From NCBI GenBank assembly GCA_902386385.1, contig CABMIU010000013.1, positions 1,667-65,666 of the forward strand: DNA of 64,000 nt. Reading direction: 5' to 3'. The notes under the pieces are model-generated. The model searched no databases. It saw only the letters and a list, made by a program, of their open reading frames with translations, and was not told the DNA's origin. Position numbers and translations under genes: made by a program. Origin of the DNA: an uncultured archaeon. Its GTDB lineage: Archaea; Iainarchaeota; Iainarchaeia; Iainarchaeales; Iainarchaeaceae. Shown piece by piece: positions 49,523-57,533 of this stretch (positions within the stretch are counted from its first letter, which is position 1; each line of letters opens with the position of its first letter).

Positions 49523-50668
49523 ATGCACATGGCTGCAGTTGCAGGCGCGGGGCCAGCGGGCCTTGCAGCCGCAAAGAGGATACAGGAAAAAGGATGGCAG
49601 ACCGTTGTCCTCGAGGAACACCCTAAAGTCGGGGAGCCTGCCGCATGCACAGGCCTCATCAGCGCAAGCGGAGTGAACGACCTGAAGCTCAGGAAAGCGG
49701 TTGATGCCTCATTAATGAACGGCATAAAAGGCTGCCAGATATACTCGCCCAGCCACGAGATGATCGAGGTGAAGCGCAACGAAACAGTCGCTTACGTTGT
49801 TGACAGGGGGCAGTTCGACAGGGCGCTCTGCCAGGAGTCGATTGAGGCAGGCGTTGAAATCCGGCCAAGCACGAGGCTGATTGACATCAGGAATGAATCG
49901 CTTTTCGTGGAGCACAGGGGCAGGGGCGAGCTTGTAAAGGCAAGGGTTGTCGTTGGCGCTGACGGCGTGAATTCAAGGGTGCGGAAAATAATCGGCATTG
50001 ATGCGAATGCAAAGGATTTTGTCCATGCATACCAGGTAGATGTCTCTGGCAGGTTCGACCCGAGGTATGTGCAGCTTTACTTCGGGGATTATGCAAAGGG
50101 CTTTTTCGCGTGGATAGTCCCTGAAAGCGAGGAGCGTGCAAGGATAGGCCTCGCGAGCATATCCGGAAACGTGAAAAAGGACTTCGGCCTTTTCACCAGT
50201 GAAAAGAACATCACGGGCGAATTCTCGGACATGTGCTCTTCGCTCATACCTATCGGTGAGCCGCTGAAGGGCATTTCAAAGGACAACATCCTCCTTGCAG
50301 GGGACGCCGCGTTCCATACAAAGGCGACAACCGGCGGCGGAATAATAATGGGCATCGAGGCCGGAAGAATCGCGGGCGACACCATTGACGCACACTTCAA
50401 GGACAACGCACCCCTCAGCGCGTATGAAAAGAACCTCGAAAGCCTGAACAAGGAGCTGAAAATGCACTGGAAAATGAGGCAGTTCATAAACTCTCTCTCA
50501 TCGGAGCAGGTTGATTCCATGCTCAGGAAAATGCGCAGGGCAAAAGTCGGGGAATTCCTCTCGGAAGCCGGGGACATGGACAGGCCCTCGCGCTTCCTCG
50601 GCAGGATGCTCGCGAAACCTTCCTTCTGGGGCCTTTTCCCGGAAGCGGTGAAATTTCTCACGACATGA
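49523..50668 (+). CDS. Geranylgeranyl reductase family FAD-dependent oxidoreductase (lipid or dolichol saturating)
   Basis: AVAGAGPAGLAAA...VLEEHPKVG is a GxGxxG FAD fold. The length and collinearity match archaeal GGR. Confidence 0.75.
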   Translation: MHMAAVAGAGPAGLAAAKRIQEKGWQTVVLEEHPKVGEPAACTGLISASGVNDLKLRKAVDASLMNGIKGCQIYSPSHEMIEVKRNETVAYVVDRGQFDRALCQESIEAGVEIRPSTRLIDIRNESLFVEHRGRGELVKARVVVGADGVNSRVRKIIGIDANAKDFVHAYQVDVSGRFDPRYVQLYFGDYAKGFFAWIVPESEERARIGLASISGNVKKDFGLFTSEKNITGEFSDMCSSLIPIGEPLKGISKDNILLAGDAAFHTKATTGGGIIMGIEAGRIAGDTIDAHFKDNAPLSAYEKNLESLNKELKMHWKMRQFINSLSSEQVDSMLRKMRRAKVGEFLSEAGDMDRPSRFLGRMLAKPSFWGLFPEAVKFLTT

Positions 50669-50791
50669 AATCCAAAAGATTTCTGTGCCCTTCAATTCGT
50701 GCATTGTCAAAGCGCGGGGCTTGGAACCTGCAAACGGCCTTCGGATTCCGGATAAAGCCATAAATATAGAGTGGCCAAATCAGAGATTGTT

Positions 50792-51151
50792 TCACGCCAC
50801 AATCCTGAAAGGCAGTTCCTTTGTTATTTTCCTGCCGTTGAACTCGAAGCCGTGCGGGTGCTCTTCAACGGTTATCTTGCCTGAGAAATAACCTGCGTCC
50901 GCGGAGTTAGACTGGTAAACCGGGAGCTTGAACTGCATTGTCCCGCCTGCCCTGAAATCCGCAACCTGCTTCTCGAACCTGTTCGTTAGGCCGACAGTCC
51001 CAAAGCTTGCCTGCGAAGGCAAATCAACAGCAACTGAAACCTTTTTCTGCACCGGGTCCTCGTTCTTGACCTCGATGTTCAGTTCCCATGGCTCCTTCGC
51101 CCTGAACTTCATCCTTATCGGGAAAATAGACGTCCTTATCGACATGCCCAT
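50792..51151 (-). CDS. Hypothetical protein
   Basis: It is an ORF only with no recognisable motif. The start was chosen to avoid overlap. Confidence 0.3.
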   Translation of the reverse strand: MGMSIRTSIFPIRMKFRAKEPWELNIEVKNEDPVQKKVSVAVDLPSQASFGTVGLTNRFEKQVADFRAGGTMQFKLPVYQSNSADAGYFSGKITVEEHPHGFEFNGRKITKELPFRIVA

Positions 51152-51179
51152 TCGAATACACCCCTTCCCTTGCGAATAA

Positions 51180-51458
51180 TCAAAGGAACTCAACATCGCC
51201 CGTGCTCTTGCCCTTGAGGGCATTCAGTTTCGCCTTCAGCTGTGCGGCTCCACCAACCCCGGGCCCTGCAGGCCCGGCCTGCTGGCCAGGAAGCTGCGGC
51301 TGTATCCCGCTTTTCAGCGACTTCGCATACTGGTTGATTTCATCCATACTGCCCTCGCGCATCTCGCCCACGAACTTGCACTTCATGCACTGGTCCCTGC
51401 TTGTCGGCAAAGCCTTGATGTCAATGCCCCCGCACGAAGGGCAGTACTTTATCTTCAT
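51180..51458 (-). CDS. Small zinc-ribbon protein
   Basis: CPSCG...CMKC four-Cys ribbon at the N-terminus. Confidence 0.35.
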   Translation of the reverse strand: MKIKYCPSCGGIDIKALPTSRDQCMKCKFVGEMREGSMDEINQYAKSLKSGIQPQLPGQQAGPAGPGVGGAAQLKAKLNALKGKSTGDVEFL

Positions 51459-51580
51459 AAGTAAAAGGAATGCGATGCAAAAATATAAAGGTAATGGTCA
51501 AGGCCTGAAAATCGCCCGTCAGCCCTTTGGGGTTATTCGGCGGGCAAAAGCTAATATAAAGAAAGCCACAAAAGTAATGG

Positions 51581-53353
51581 ATGCTTGAAATACTTTTCCT
51601 AATCGGCATTGTAATCCTTATCGGCTTTGCCAGCAGGTGGATTTTCGAAAAGACAAGGATACCGGAAGTGATAATTCTCCTGCTCGCCGGATTTGCCCTT
51701 GGGCCGCTCGGCATGATAAAATACTTTGCAATTTCAGATATCCCACAGTACTTCCAGGGAATCGCGCCGGTAATAGGCGCGGTTGCGATAATCTCGATTG
51801 TGTTTGAAGCCGGGCTGAGGCTAAAGGCAAGGGAACTGCAGGTCAACATCGCTTCTTCAGTATTGTCGGCATTGCTGAACATTGCAGCCTGCATCCTTGT
51901 GCTGAGCGGCATACTGCACTTTGCCCTCGGCTGGATGCCCATGGATTCCCTTGTTTTTGGCGCAATATTCGGGGGCATGTCCTCTTTCGCAGCGTATTCA
52001 ACGCTACCGCTGATCAGGACAACGAACAGCATCAGGAACAGCCTCTACCTTGAAGGCACGTTGTCGGCAATAGCGGTATGCATAGTCTCAATCGCCTTGA
52101 TGCGCTACAACGGGCTTGCTGCAGGCAAAGGCCTTGCAGAGCTTGCAGGCGGGGTCTTTTCGCTTTTTTCCATTTCATTCATACTTGGCCTCGGCCTCGG
52201 GGCAGTGCTGCTGTTCGCCCTGCTGAATTTCAAGATAGATAGGTTCGGTTTCTTCCTCGTGTTCGCGGCTTTGCTGACAATATACTCAATCGACTTTGTT
52301 TACCTCGGGGGAATAGGCGTGATATCCATAGCCCTGATTGGGTTCGTACTCGCGAATTCCGAGGAGTTCCTCCGCATCCTCAAAAAGCAGGGCTCGTTCG
52401 AGGTTGATGAATCATTCAGGGTTTTCCAGGGCGAGCTCAGCCTTTTCATAAACACTTTTTTCTTTGTATACCTTGGGCTCATATTCCGGCCCGAACAATT
52501 GAACCTGCAGAACGTGCTAACCGCAATACTGCTTGTCGCTGGAATTCTCCTCGCGAGGATTGCTGTAATCGGCATCATGGGCAGGATATCCAAGCCTCAG
52601 CGCCACGAGGATTTCCTGCGCGCGGTAATGGTGCCGCGCGACCTTCTCAGCGCGACACTAGCCACGTTCATCTTCATTTACCCGAACTCCGCGTCATTCG
52701 GGATTGAGCTCGTGTGCCTTGTGGTAGTGCTTTCGACAATCGCAAATTCGGCAGGGCTAAATTATTATGAGCGCATCTTCAGGGACACTTTCCTCTTCAA
52801 AAAGGAGATTTTGCTCATGGACGGGCGGAAAGCGGTTATAAGGAGCTTCACAAGGGACGATTTCGGGAAGCTAATGAGACTGTTCAACGAACTTGTGGAG
52901 GAAGGGGCCTACATAGCGATTGACAAGAGGGTGAGCGCCGCGGAAGAGAGGGAAATAGACAACGAGAGCATAATCAAAATGAACAAAAAGGAAATGATTG
53001 TGTGGGTTGCGGAACATGATAACAAAATAGTTGCAAGGGCTGTCGCGGAAAAAATGCCGCGCAGGGAAAGGGACAACGTGTCATTGAGCTTCTACATCGC
53101 AAAGGAGTTCAGGGGCGCTGGCTTGGGAACAATTCTCATCAGGATGATAATAAAGGAATCAATCAAGCAATTCAACCCCCACAACCTTTACCTTACGGTC
53201 TACTCAGACAACAAAAAAGCGATAAAGCTCTACGAAAGGGAAGGATTCATTAAGTGCGGGGTGCTCCCCGGCTGGATGAGGCACAACAATGCCTATCTGG
53301 ACAGGATATACATGGTCTACGACCCGAAGAAACAGGGGAAAAGGAAGAAGTAA
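51581..53353 (+). CDS. Cation:proton antiporter (CPA1/NhaP-type Na_H_Exchanger) fused to a C-terminal GNAT N-acetyltransferase domain
   Basis: About 400 aa with 11-12 TM helices (PEVIILLLAGFALGPLGM) is followed by a cytoplasmic domain with GNAT motifs (FYIAKEFRGAGLGTILI...YERxGF). Confidence 0.7.
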   Translation: MLEILFLIGIVILIGFASRWIFEKTRIPEVIILLLAGFALGPLGMIKYFAISDIPQYFQGIAPVIGAVAIISIVFEAGLRLKARELQVNIASSVLSALLNIAACILVLSGILHFALGWMPMDSLVFGAIFGGMSSFAAYSTLPLIRTTNSIRNSLYLEGTLSAIAVCIVSIALMRYNGLAAGKGLAELAGGVFSLFSISFILGLGLGAVLLFALLNFKIDRFGFFLVFAALLTIYSIDFVYLGGIGVISIALIGFVLANSEEFLRILKKQGSFEVDESFRVFQGELSLFINTFFFVYLGLIFRPEQLNLQNVLTAILLVAGILLARIAVIGIMGRISKPQRHEDFLRAVMVPRDLLSATLATFIFIYPNSASFGIELVCLVVVLSTIANSAGLNYYERIFRDTFLFKKEILLMDGRKAVIRSFTRDDFGKLMRLFNELVEEGAYIAIDKRVSAAEEREIDNESIIKMNKKEMIVWVAEHDNKIVARAVAEKMPRRERDNVSLSFYIAKEFRGAGLGTILIRMIIKESIKQFNPHNLYLTVYSDNKKAIKLYEREGFIKCGVLPGWMRHNNAYLDRIYMVYDPKKQGKRKK

Positions 53354-53692
53354 CTCCATCGCCGCCGAATCAGATTTTAATTCAGCGGTTATTTTGCCGA
53401 AATGCAGGAAATGCCTGTCCTTTGTGAGGACTGCAACATCCATGCAGAAGAATCCACGAGGTACAATCAGAACACCCTGTCCCGCTCTTCCCTCTTGAAC
53501 GGCTTTGCGCCCTTTGCCGAGCCAAAAAGCTCTTCAAGGGCTTTCCGCTTTTCGGAGTTCAGGACGCTCACCTTACCCTCAATCATTGAATTGCCAGGCA
53601 ATAATGGAAACTGCCGAGGAACTCAGAAGAGAAATGTTTGAAAATTGGGAACGCTGGAAAAAAGCTTTGATTGAAAAATACGAGGCCATGGC

Positions 53693-54070
53693 ATGAAAAA
53701 AATTGTTGTAAAGATTGGCGCTGACGCAGAGGAAGACATGGAAAAGCTGTGCGACCCGAAAAACGTTGATGCCGCGCCAGACCACACCATTTACTTCAAG
53801 GACTTAAAGCAATTTTCCGCGATACTTTCAGAAAAGAAACTTGGGCTACTAAAATACCTGTCAGAGGTCACAGGGCAGACCGTCACAAGCGTTTCAATCG
53901 AGCTCCACCGGAAAAAAGAGGCAGTGAGCCGCGACCTCCACGAGCTCGAAGCGCTCGGCCTCGTCGAAATGCACAAGCGCGGAAACAAGGTTTACCCGAA
54001 AGTAGGATACGGGGCGATACAGATAAACCTCAAGGCAACAGATTCAAAGAAAATAATTAGTACCGCATAG
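53693..54070 (+). CDS. Winged-helix transcriptional regulator
   Basis: The C-terminal wHTH is LLKYLSEVTGQTVTSVSIELHRKKEAVSRDLHELEALGLVE. Confidence 0.5.
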   Translation: MKKIVVKIGADAEEDMEKLCDPKNVDAAPDHTIYFKDLKQFSAILSEKKLGLLKYLSEVTGQTVTSVSIELHRKKEAVSRDLHELEALGLVEMHKRGNKVYPKVGYGAIQINLKATDSKKIISTA

Positions 54071-54143
54071 GCATAAGCAAAAAACACCTTGCAAGCGGAT
54101 TTATATAATCCATTGGGAATATAATAAATCAGAGGGTCGAAGC

Positions 54144-54350
54144 ATGGAAGCAATGATTGACAAAAACTTTGAATACTTCCTCGCAGAGGACTTCAAAGGA
54201 TACAGCGAAGGCGACTGGATTGCAATTTACGGCGAAAAGGTGATTTCGCACGGCCAGACCCTCAAAACAGTTATAGAGCAGGCGAAAAAAGTAGCGCCAA
54301 TTGCAAAAGTGCTGCTGTCGAAAGTGAAAAAGACCGCGAGCTACTTGTAA
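54144..54350 (+). CDS. DUF5678-like small protein
   Basis: FKGYSEGDWIAIYGEKVISHGQTLKTVIEQAKK matches the DUF5678 pattern (Y.GKWVAI..GKVI.HG...L.E....AKK). Confidence 0.55.
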   Translation: MEAMIDKNFEYFLAEDFKGYSEGDWIAIYGEKVISHGQTLKTVIEQAKKVAPIAKVLLSKVKKTASYL

Positions 54351-54354
54351 GATT

Positions 54355-54777
54355 ATGAACCTCACATACAGATGCAAGCACATTGACCTTGGAAACGGCA
54401 GTCGGTCAAAGGAGCCTATAATACCTGTCACACTAATCGGCGAACAGGGCACAAAATTCAATTTTACGGCAATACTCGACAGCGGCTCAGACTTTGTTTT
54501 ATTGCCCCTTGAAGTTGCTGAAGCCCTCGAATTGGAACTCGACAAATCAGCAGCCGAAAAGGCAAAGTCATTCACAGGCACGCCGATAACAACAACAATG
54601 TCAAATGTAAGGACAAGGATACAAAAAGGGCACGAAGCAATAGAAATCAAGTGCAGGTGCGCCGTGCTCCTTGACAGGCAAAGCCAGCACGAACATATCA
54701 TCTTCGGCTCAAGCTTCTTTGACCACTTCAAAATAACCTTTGACTACCAGAACAACAGGTTCCAGATAAAGAATTAA
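54355..54777 (+). CDS. Retropepsin-like aspartic protease (clan AA)
   Basis: FTAILDSGSDFVLLP is the hydrophobic-D-S-G-S/A catalytic motif. The protein is about 140 aa with the C-terminal pattern IIFGSSFFDHFKITFDY. Confidence 0.6.
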   Translation: MNLTYRCKHIDLGNGSRSKEPIIPVTLIGEQGTKFNFTAILDSGSDFVLLPLEVAEALELELDKSAAEKAKSFTGTPITTTMSNVRTRIQKGHEAIEIKCRCAVLLDRQSQHEHIIFGSSFFDHFKITFDYQNNRFQIKN

Positions 54778-54793
54778 AAGACAGGGTATAACG

Positions 54794-55108
54794 TTGAATA
54801 ATTTGAAAAGAGGCGATAAAAATATGGCGTCAGACTATGACAAAATGCAAAAAAAATGGGCAAGACACAACAGGTGGGCTGGTTTTATTGGAGTCCCTGG
54901 CGAAAAGATTGAAATCCACCACATAAAGCAAAGAAGTGACGGGGGCTCGGACAGAGCAAGCAATCTTGTTGAGTTACCAAGAAGCGCCCACAGATTAAAC
55001 AGCGGTCGCCTTGGACCAAGCATACACAAAAGTTATGAAACTTGGGGAGAAAAAGGAAGAACCCAGCGCAGGCTAAAGAGAGACAAGGGGTTCACACAAT
55101 ACCAGTAG
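54794..55108 (+). CDS. HNH endonuclease
   Basis: The HNH motif IEIHHIKQRSDGGSDRASNLVELPRSAHR is present. Confidence 0.65.
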   Translation: MNNLKRGDKNMASDYDKMQKKWARHNRWAGFIGVPGEKIEIHHIKQRSDGGSDRASNLVELPRSAHRLNSGRLGPSIHKSYETWGEKGRTQRRLKRDKGFTQYQ

Positions 55109-55119
55109 AAAAAATAAAG
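55104..55119 (-). terminator. Oligo-T tract immediately 3' of tRNA-Gln
   Basis: The minus-strand sequence after the discriminator is CTTTATTTTTTCTAC. Confidence 0.35.
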
Positions 55120-55231
55120 TAGCCCCGCACAGATTCGAACTGTGGTCCTGGGCTCGCTCTACAATTCTCAACTGATTTCACAAGAGAACTATATCAGAGG
55201 CCCATGTCCTTAGCCGCTAGACGACGGGGCT
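55120..55231 (-). tRNA. tRNA-Gln (anticodon CUG) with a 39-nt intron in the anticodon loop
   Basis: The 7-bp acceptor stem is AGCCCCG/CGGGGCT (A1-U72, A73). The D-arm is GTCT-AGCGGCTAA-GGAC. The anticodon stem TGGGC/GCCCA encloses a loop starting CTCTGA plus a 39-nt insert. The T-arm is CACAG-TTCGAAT-CTGTG. No CCA is encoded. Confidence 0.6.
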
Positions 55232-55249
55232 GCCCGTATCATGCACCGT

Positions 55250-55262
55250 CGTCTAAATTTTG
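55250..55262 (-). promoter_or_regulatory. Putative TATA box (AAAATTTAG on minus strand) about 25 nt upstream of the tRNA 5' end
   Basis: An A/T-rich element lies at the canonical distance upstream of the tRNA 5' end. Confidence 0.3.
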
Positions 55263-55628
55263 CACAAGCTTTTCCTAAAAGCTTGGACGACGGGGCTGGC
55301 TTAGATTAAAAGTCTTGGGAAGCCTTAAAAATTCCTTGCTTTCGGCGAATTTGACCGCACGAAAAGCATTTATTGCCGAAGCGCTTATTATTCTCCGATG
55401 GGCAGGGTTTTGGATGTCGGGCAGGCCATCAGCAAGGCGAGGGTTGAGCGCATACTCGCGGACATGCGGGCGAAGATGGTCGAGATTGATGATTTGAGGA
55501 AGGAGCTCGGCGAGTGGCAGGGCGAGGAAGCCACGCCAGAGAAGTCGCTTGCGATGCTCGAGGAGATAAAGGTGCCGAGCCTCGAATCAATCCGCGAGGA
55601 AAAGAAGAAGGCTTGACTGAAAATTAGT

Positions 55629-55997
55629 TTGGATTTGCGGTTTTCTATGCTTTTCAACAATACGTCTGGCAAAAAAATAATGGAAAAAACGCGAATTGCC
55701 GACGACCCATCCGCAAGGGGCCGGGGCCTCATGTTTGAGGCAAGGAAAAATTTTGATTATGCCCTTATATTTGTCCTGCCTAATGAGTCAATAGTCCGTG
55801 CAATGGTTCACATGCTTTTTGTTTTTTTCCCCATCGACATCGTCTTCCTCGATTCGAAAAGGCGTGTGGTGGACAAGGCAACATTGAAGCCCTGGATGCT
55901 GAACTACACCCCGAAGGCAGCGGCGAAGTATTTCATCGAAATGCCGGTTGGAAAAAGCAAGTTTGTAAAATTTGGGGACATTGTGAGTTGGCAGTGA
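55629..55997 (+). CDS. DUF192 family protein
   Basis: GLMF and PIDIVFLD match the DUF192/COG1430 pattern. Confidence 0.45.
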   Translation: MDLRFSMLFNNTSGKKIMEKTRIADDPSARGRGLMFEARKNFDYALIFVLPNESIVRAMVHMLFVFFPIDIVFLDSKRRVVDKATLKPWMLNYTPKAAAKYFIEMPVGKSKFVKFGDIVSWQ

Positions 55998-56060
55998 AGC
56001 TTAAAAAACCTACAACCAATAATTACGTCAATTAACGAATATATTGATTGCAGGGATTGG

Positions 56061-57533
56061 ATGCCTCATGACCAGCTAGCGCCTTTGTTCGATTCACAGG
56101 TTGTTGAGCAGTCCCTTGGCTGGAGGGTTTTCCCGGTCAGCGAAGCAGAAATCGCGACAAGGCTTTCAGAAAATGAATTCAGGGATGTTGTGAAGACCAG
56201 GGAAGGCCAGAAGATTTATTTCCTGAAGAGGATGATGCCTCTTGGCCCGGAGGAAGCGAGGCTCCTGCGTGGCGCTTTGGAGAATTACCGCGGCCGCGGA
56301 AAAAAAGGCCAGGGCGCAATCGAATCATTCAGGGAATTCGTGAAAGCCAACAACTTTTCGCTCGGAAGGCCGCAGAAGGAGGGCCTAGAAAAGGCAGTCA
56401 CCATGTTGTTTTCGCCAGAGGGACCGCTAGCGGAGCTGCTTGAGCATGAATGCCTCGAGGAAATCGCGGTAATCGGCCTCGGAAAATCGAAGCCTGTGCA
56501 CGCATTCGATGCTGCATTCGGCTGGCTGCCCACAAACCTCTACTTCGCAAGCGGGCAGGAGGTAAAGAACATCGCAAATTCGCTCGCGGGAAAATCCGGG
56601 CGAAGGGTGACTTTCAGGACGCCGGCAGTGAATTCCTTCCTTAGGGACGGCTCGAGGATGAATGCAGTAATGGAGCCAGCCGCTGTTTCGGGGCCGTGCA
56701 TCACGATAAGGAAATTCAGGAAAGAGCCATTCACTCCAGCGGAGCTCGTTGCTTGCGGCTCCGCTTCAGCGGAGCAGATGGCTTTCCTCTGGATGGCGTT
56801 GCAGGCCGACTGCTCCGCATTGGTTTGCGGCAACACGGGTTCGGGCAAGACAACCCTGCTGAACAGCCTCTTCAATTTCATCCCGAAGAATGAGCGGGTT
56901 GTAATCGTCGAGGAAACGCCTGAAATTTCAGTGCCGCACAGGCACGCGGTGAAGCTCGCGACTTCGGACGGAATAGGGATCGGGATGCAGGAACTGATAA
57001 TAAACACCCTTAGAATGAGGCCCGACAGGGTTGTAATCGGGGAAGCGCGCAGCAGGAAAGAGGTTGCCGCTTTTGTGGACACTATGCTCGCGGGCCAGGG
57101 CAAGGGTTGCTACGCGACATTCCACGCCCAGTCATCGGAGGATGCGATTGCGAGGCTGCAGGGTCTCGGGGTGATGCCGCAGGACATCGGCGCAATTGAC
57201 CTTTTGCTCGTTCAGAAAAGGTGGACGCGGTTTTCAAGCGGAATCGGAAGCGAGGAAAGGAAACTCGTGGAAATCAGCGAGGCATCCGCAAAAAAAGGCG
57301 CAAAAGGCGCGGCGGGAATGAACAGGCTTTTCGCTTATGATTTCAGGAAGAAAAAGTTCTTCACTGCTGCGAGGCCGAAAAGGGCAATGGAGAAAATATG
57401 CAGGACCTTTGGAATCGGCGAAAAAGCCATTGAAGGGGAAATTTCCAGGAGGGCGAAATTCATTTTGGATTTGCGCGGCGCGAGGCAGGAGGAGTTCTTC
57501 AATGCAATCGGGAATTACGGGAAATTGGAATGA
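56061..57533 (+). CDS. Type IV pilus/archaellum assembly ATPase (FlaI/PilB/TadA-like, VirB11 superfamily)
   Basis: The Walker A motif is LVCGNTGSGKTTLLN. The Asp and His boxes are RPDRVVIGEAR and GCYATFHAQS. Confidence 0.8.
   Translation: MPHDQLAPLFDSQVVEQSLGWRVFPVSEAEIATRLSENEFRDVVKTREGQKIYFLKRMMPLGPEEARLLRGALENYRGRGKKGQGAIESFREFVKANNFSLGRPQKEGLEKAVTMLFSPEGPLAELLEHECLEEIAVIGLGKSKPVHAFDAAFGWLPTNLYFASGQEVKNIANSLAGKSGRRVTFRTPAVNSFLRDGSRMNAVMEPAAVSGPCITIRKFRKEPFTPAELVACGSASAEQMAFLWMALQADCSALVCGNTGSGKTTLLNSLFNFIPKNERVVIVEETPEISVPHRHAVKLATSDGIGIGMQELIINTLRMRPDRVVIGEARSRKEVAAFVDTMLAGQGKGCYATFHAQSSEDAIARLQGLGVMPQDIGAIDLLLVQKRWTRFSSGIGSEERKLVEISEASAKKGAKGAAGMNRLFAYDFRKKKFFTAARPKRAMEKICRTFGIGEKAIEGEISRRAKFILDLRGARQEEFFNAIGNYGKLE

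Noticed and set aside
53467-53586. A 39-aa minus-strand ORF (MIEGKVSVLNSEKRKALEELFG...) with a faint ribbon-helix-helix-like pattern in the 340-nt gap upstream of the wHTH regulator
   Set aside because: It is too short and has no partner toxin gene or other corroboration. It is mentioned only as a candidate small protein.
55398-55616. A 72-aa coiled-coil ORF and an overlapping 60-aa ORF between the tRNA and the DUF192 gene
   Set aside because: They have no motifs, and the region also contains the tRNA promoter. Coding status cannot be supported.
57337-57501. Upstream extension of the FlaJ-like ORF, and the alternative-frame ORFs 57530-57730 and 57579-57776
   Set aside because: They lie inside or overlap the FlaI-like ATPase coding region. 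Only the frame-1 ORF shows T2SSF/TM features.
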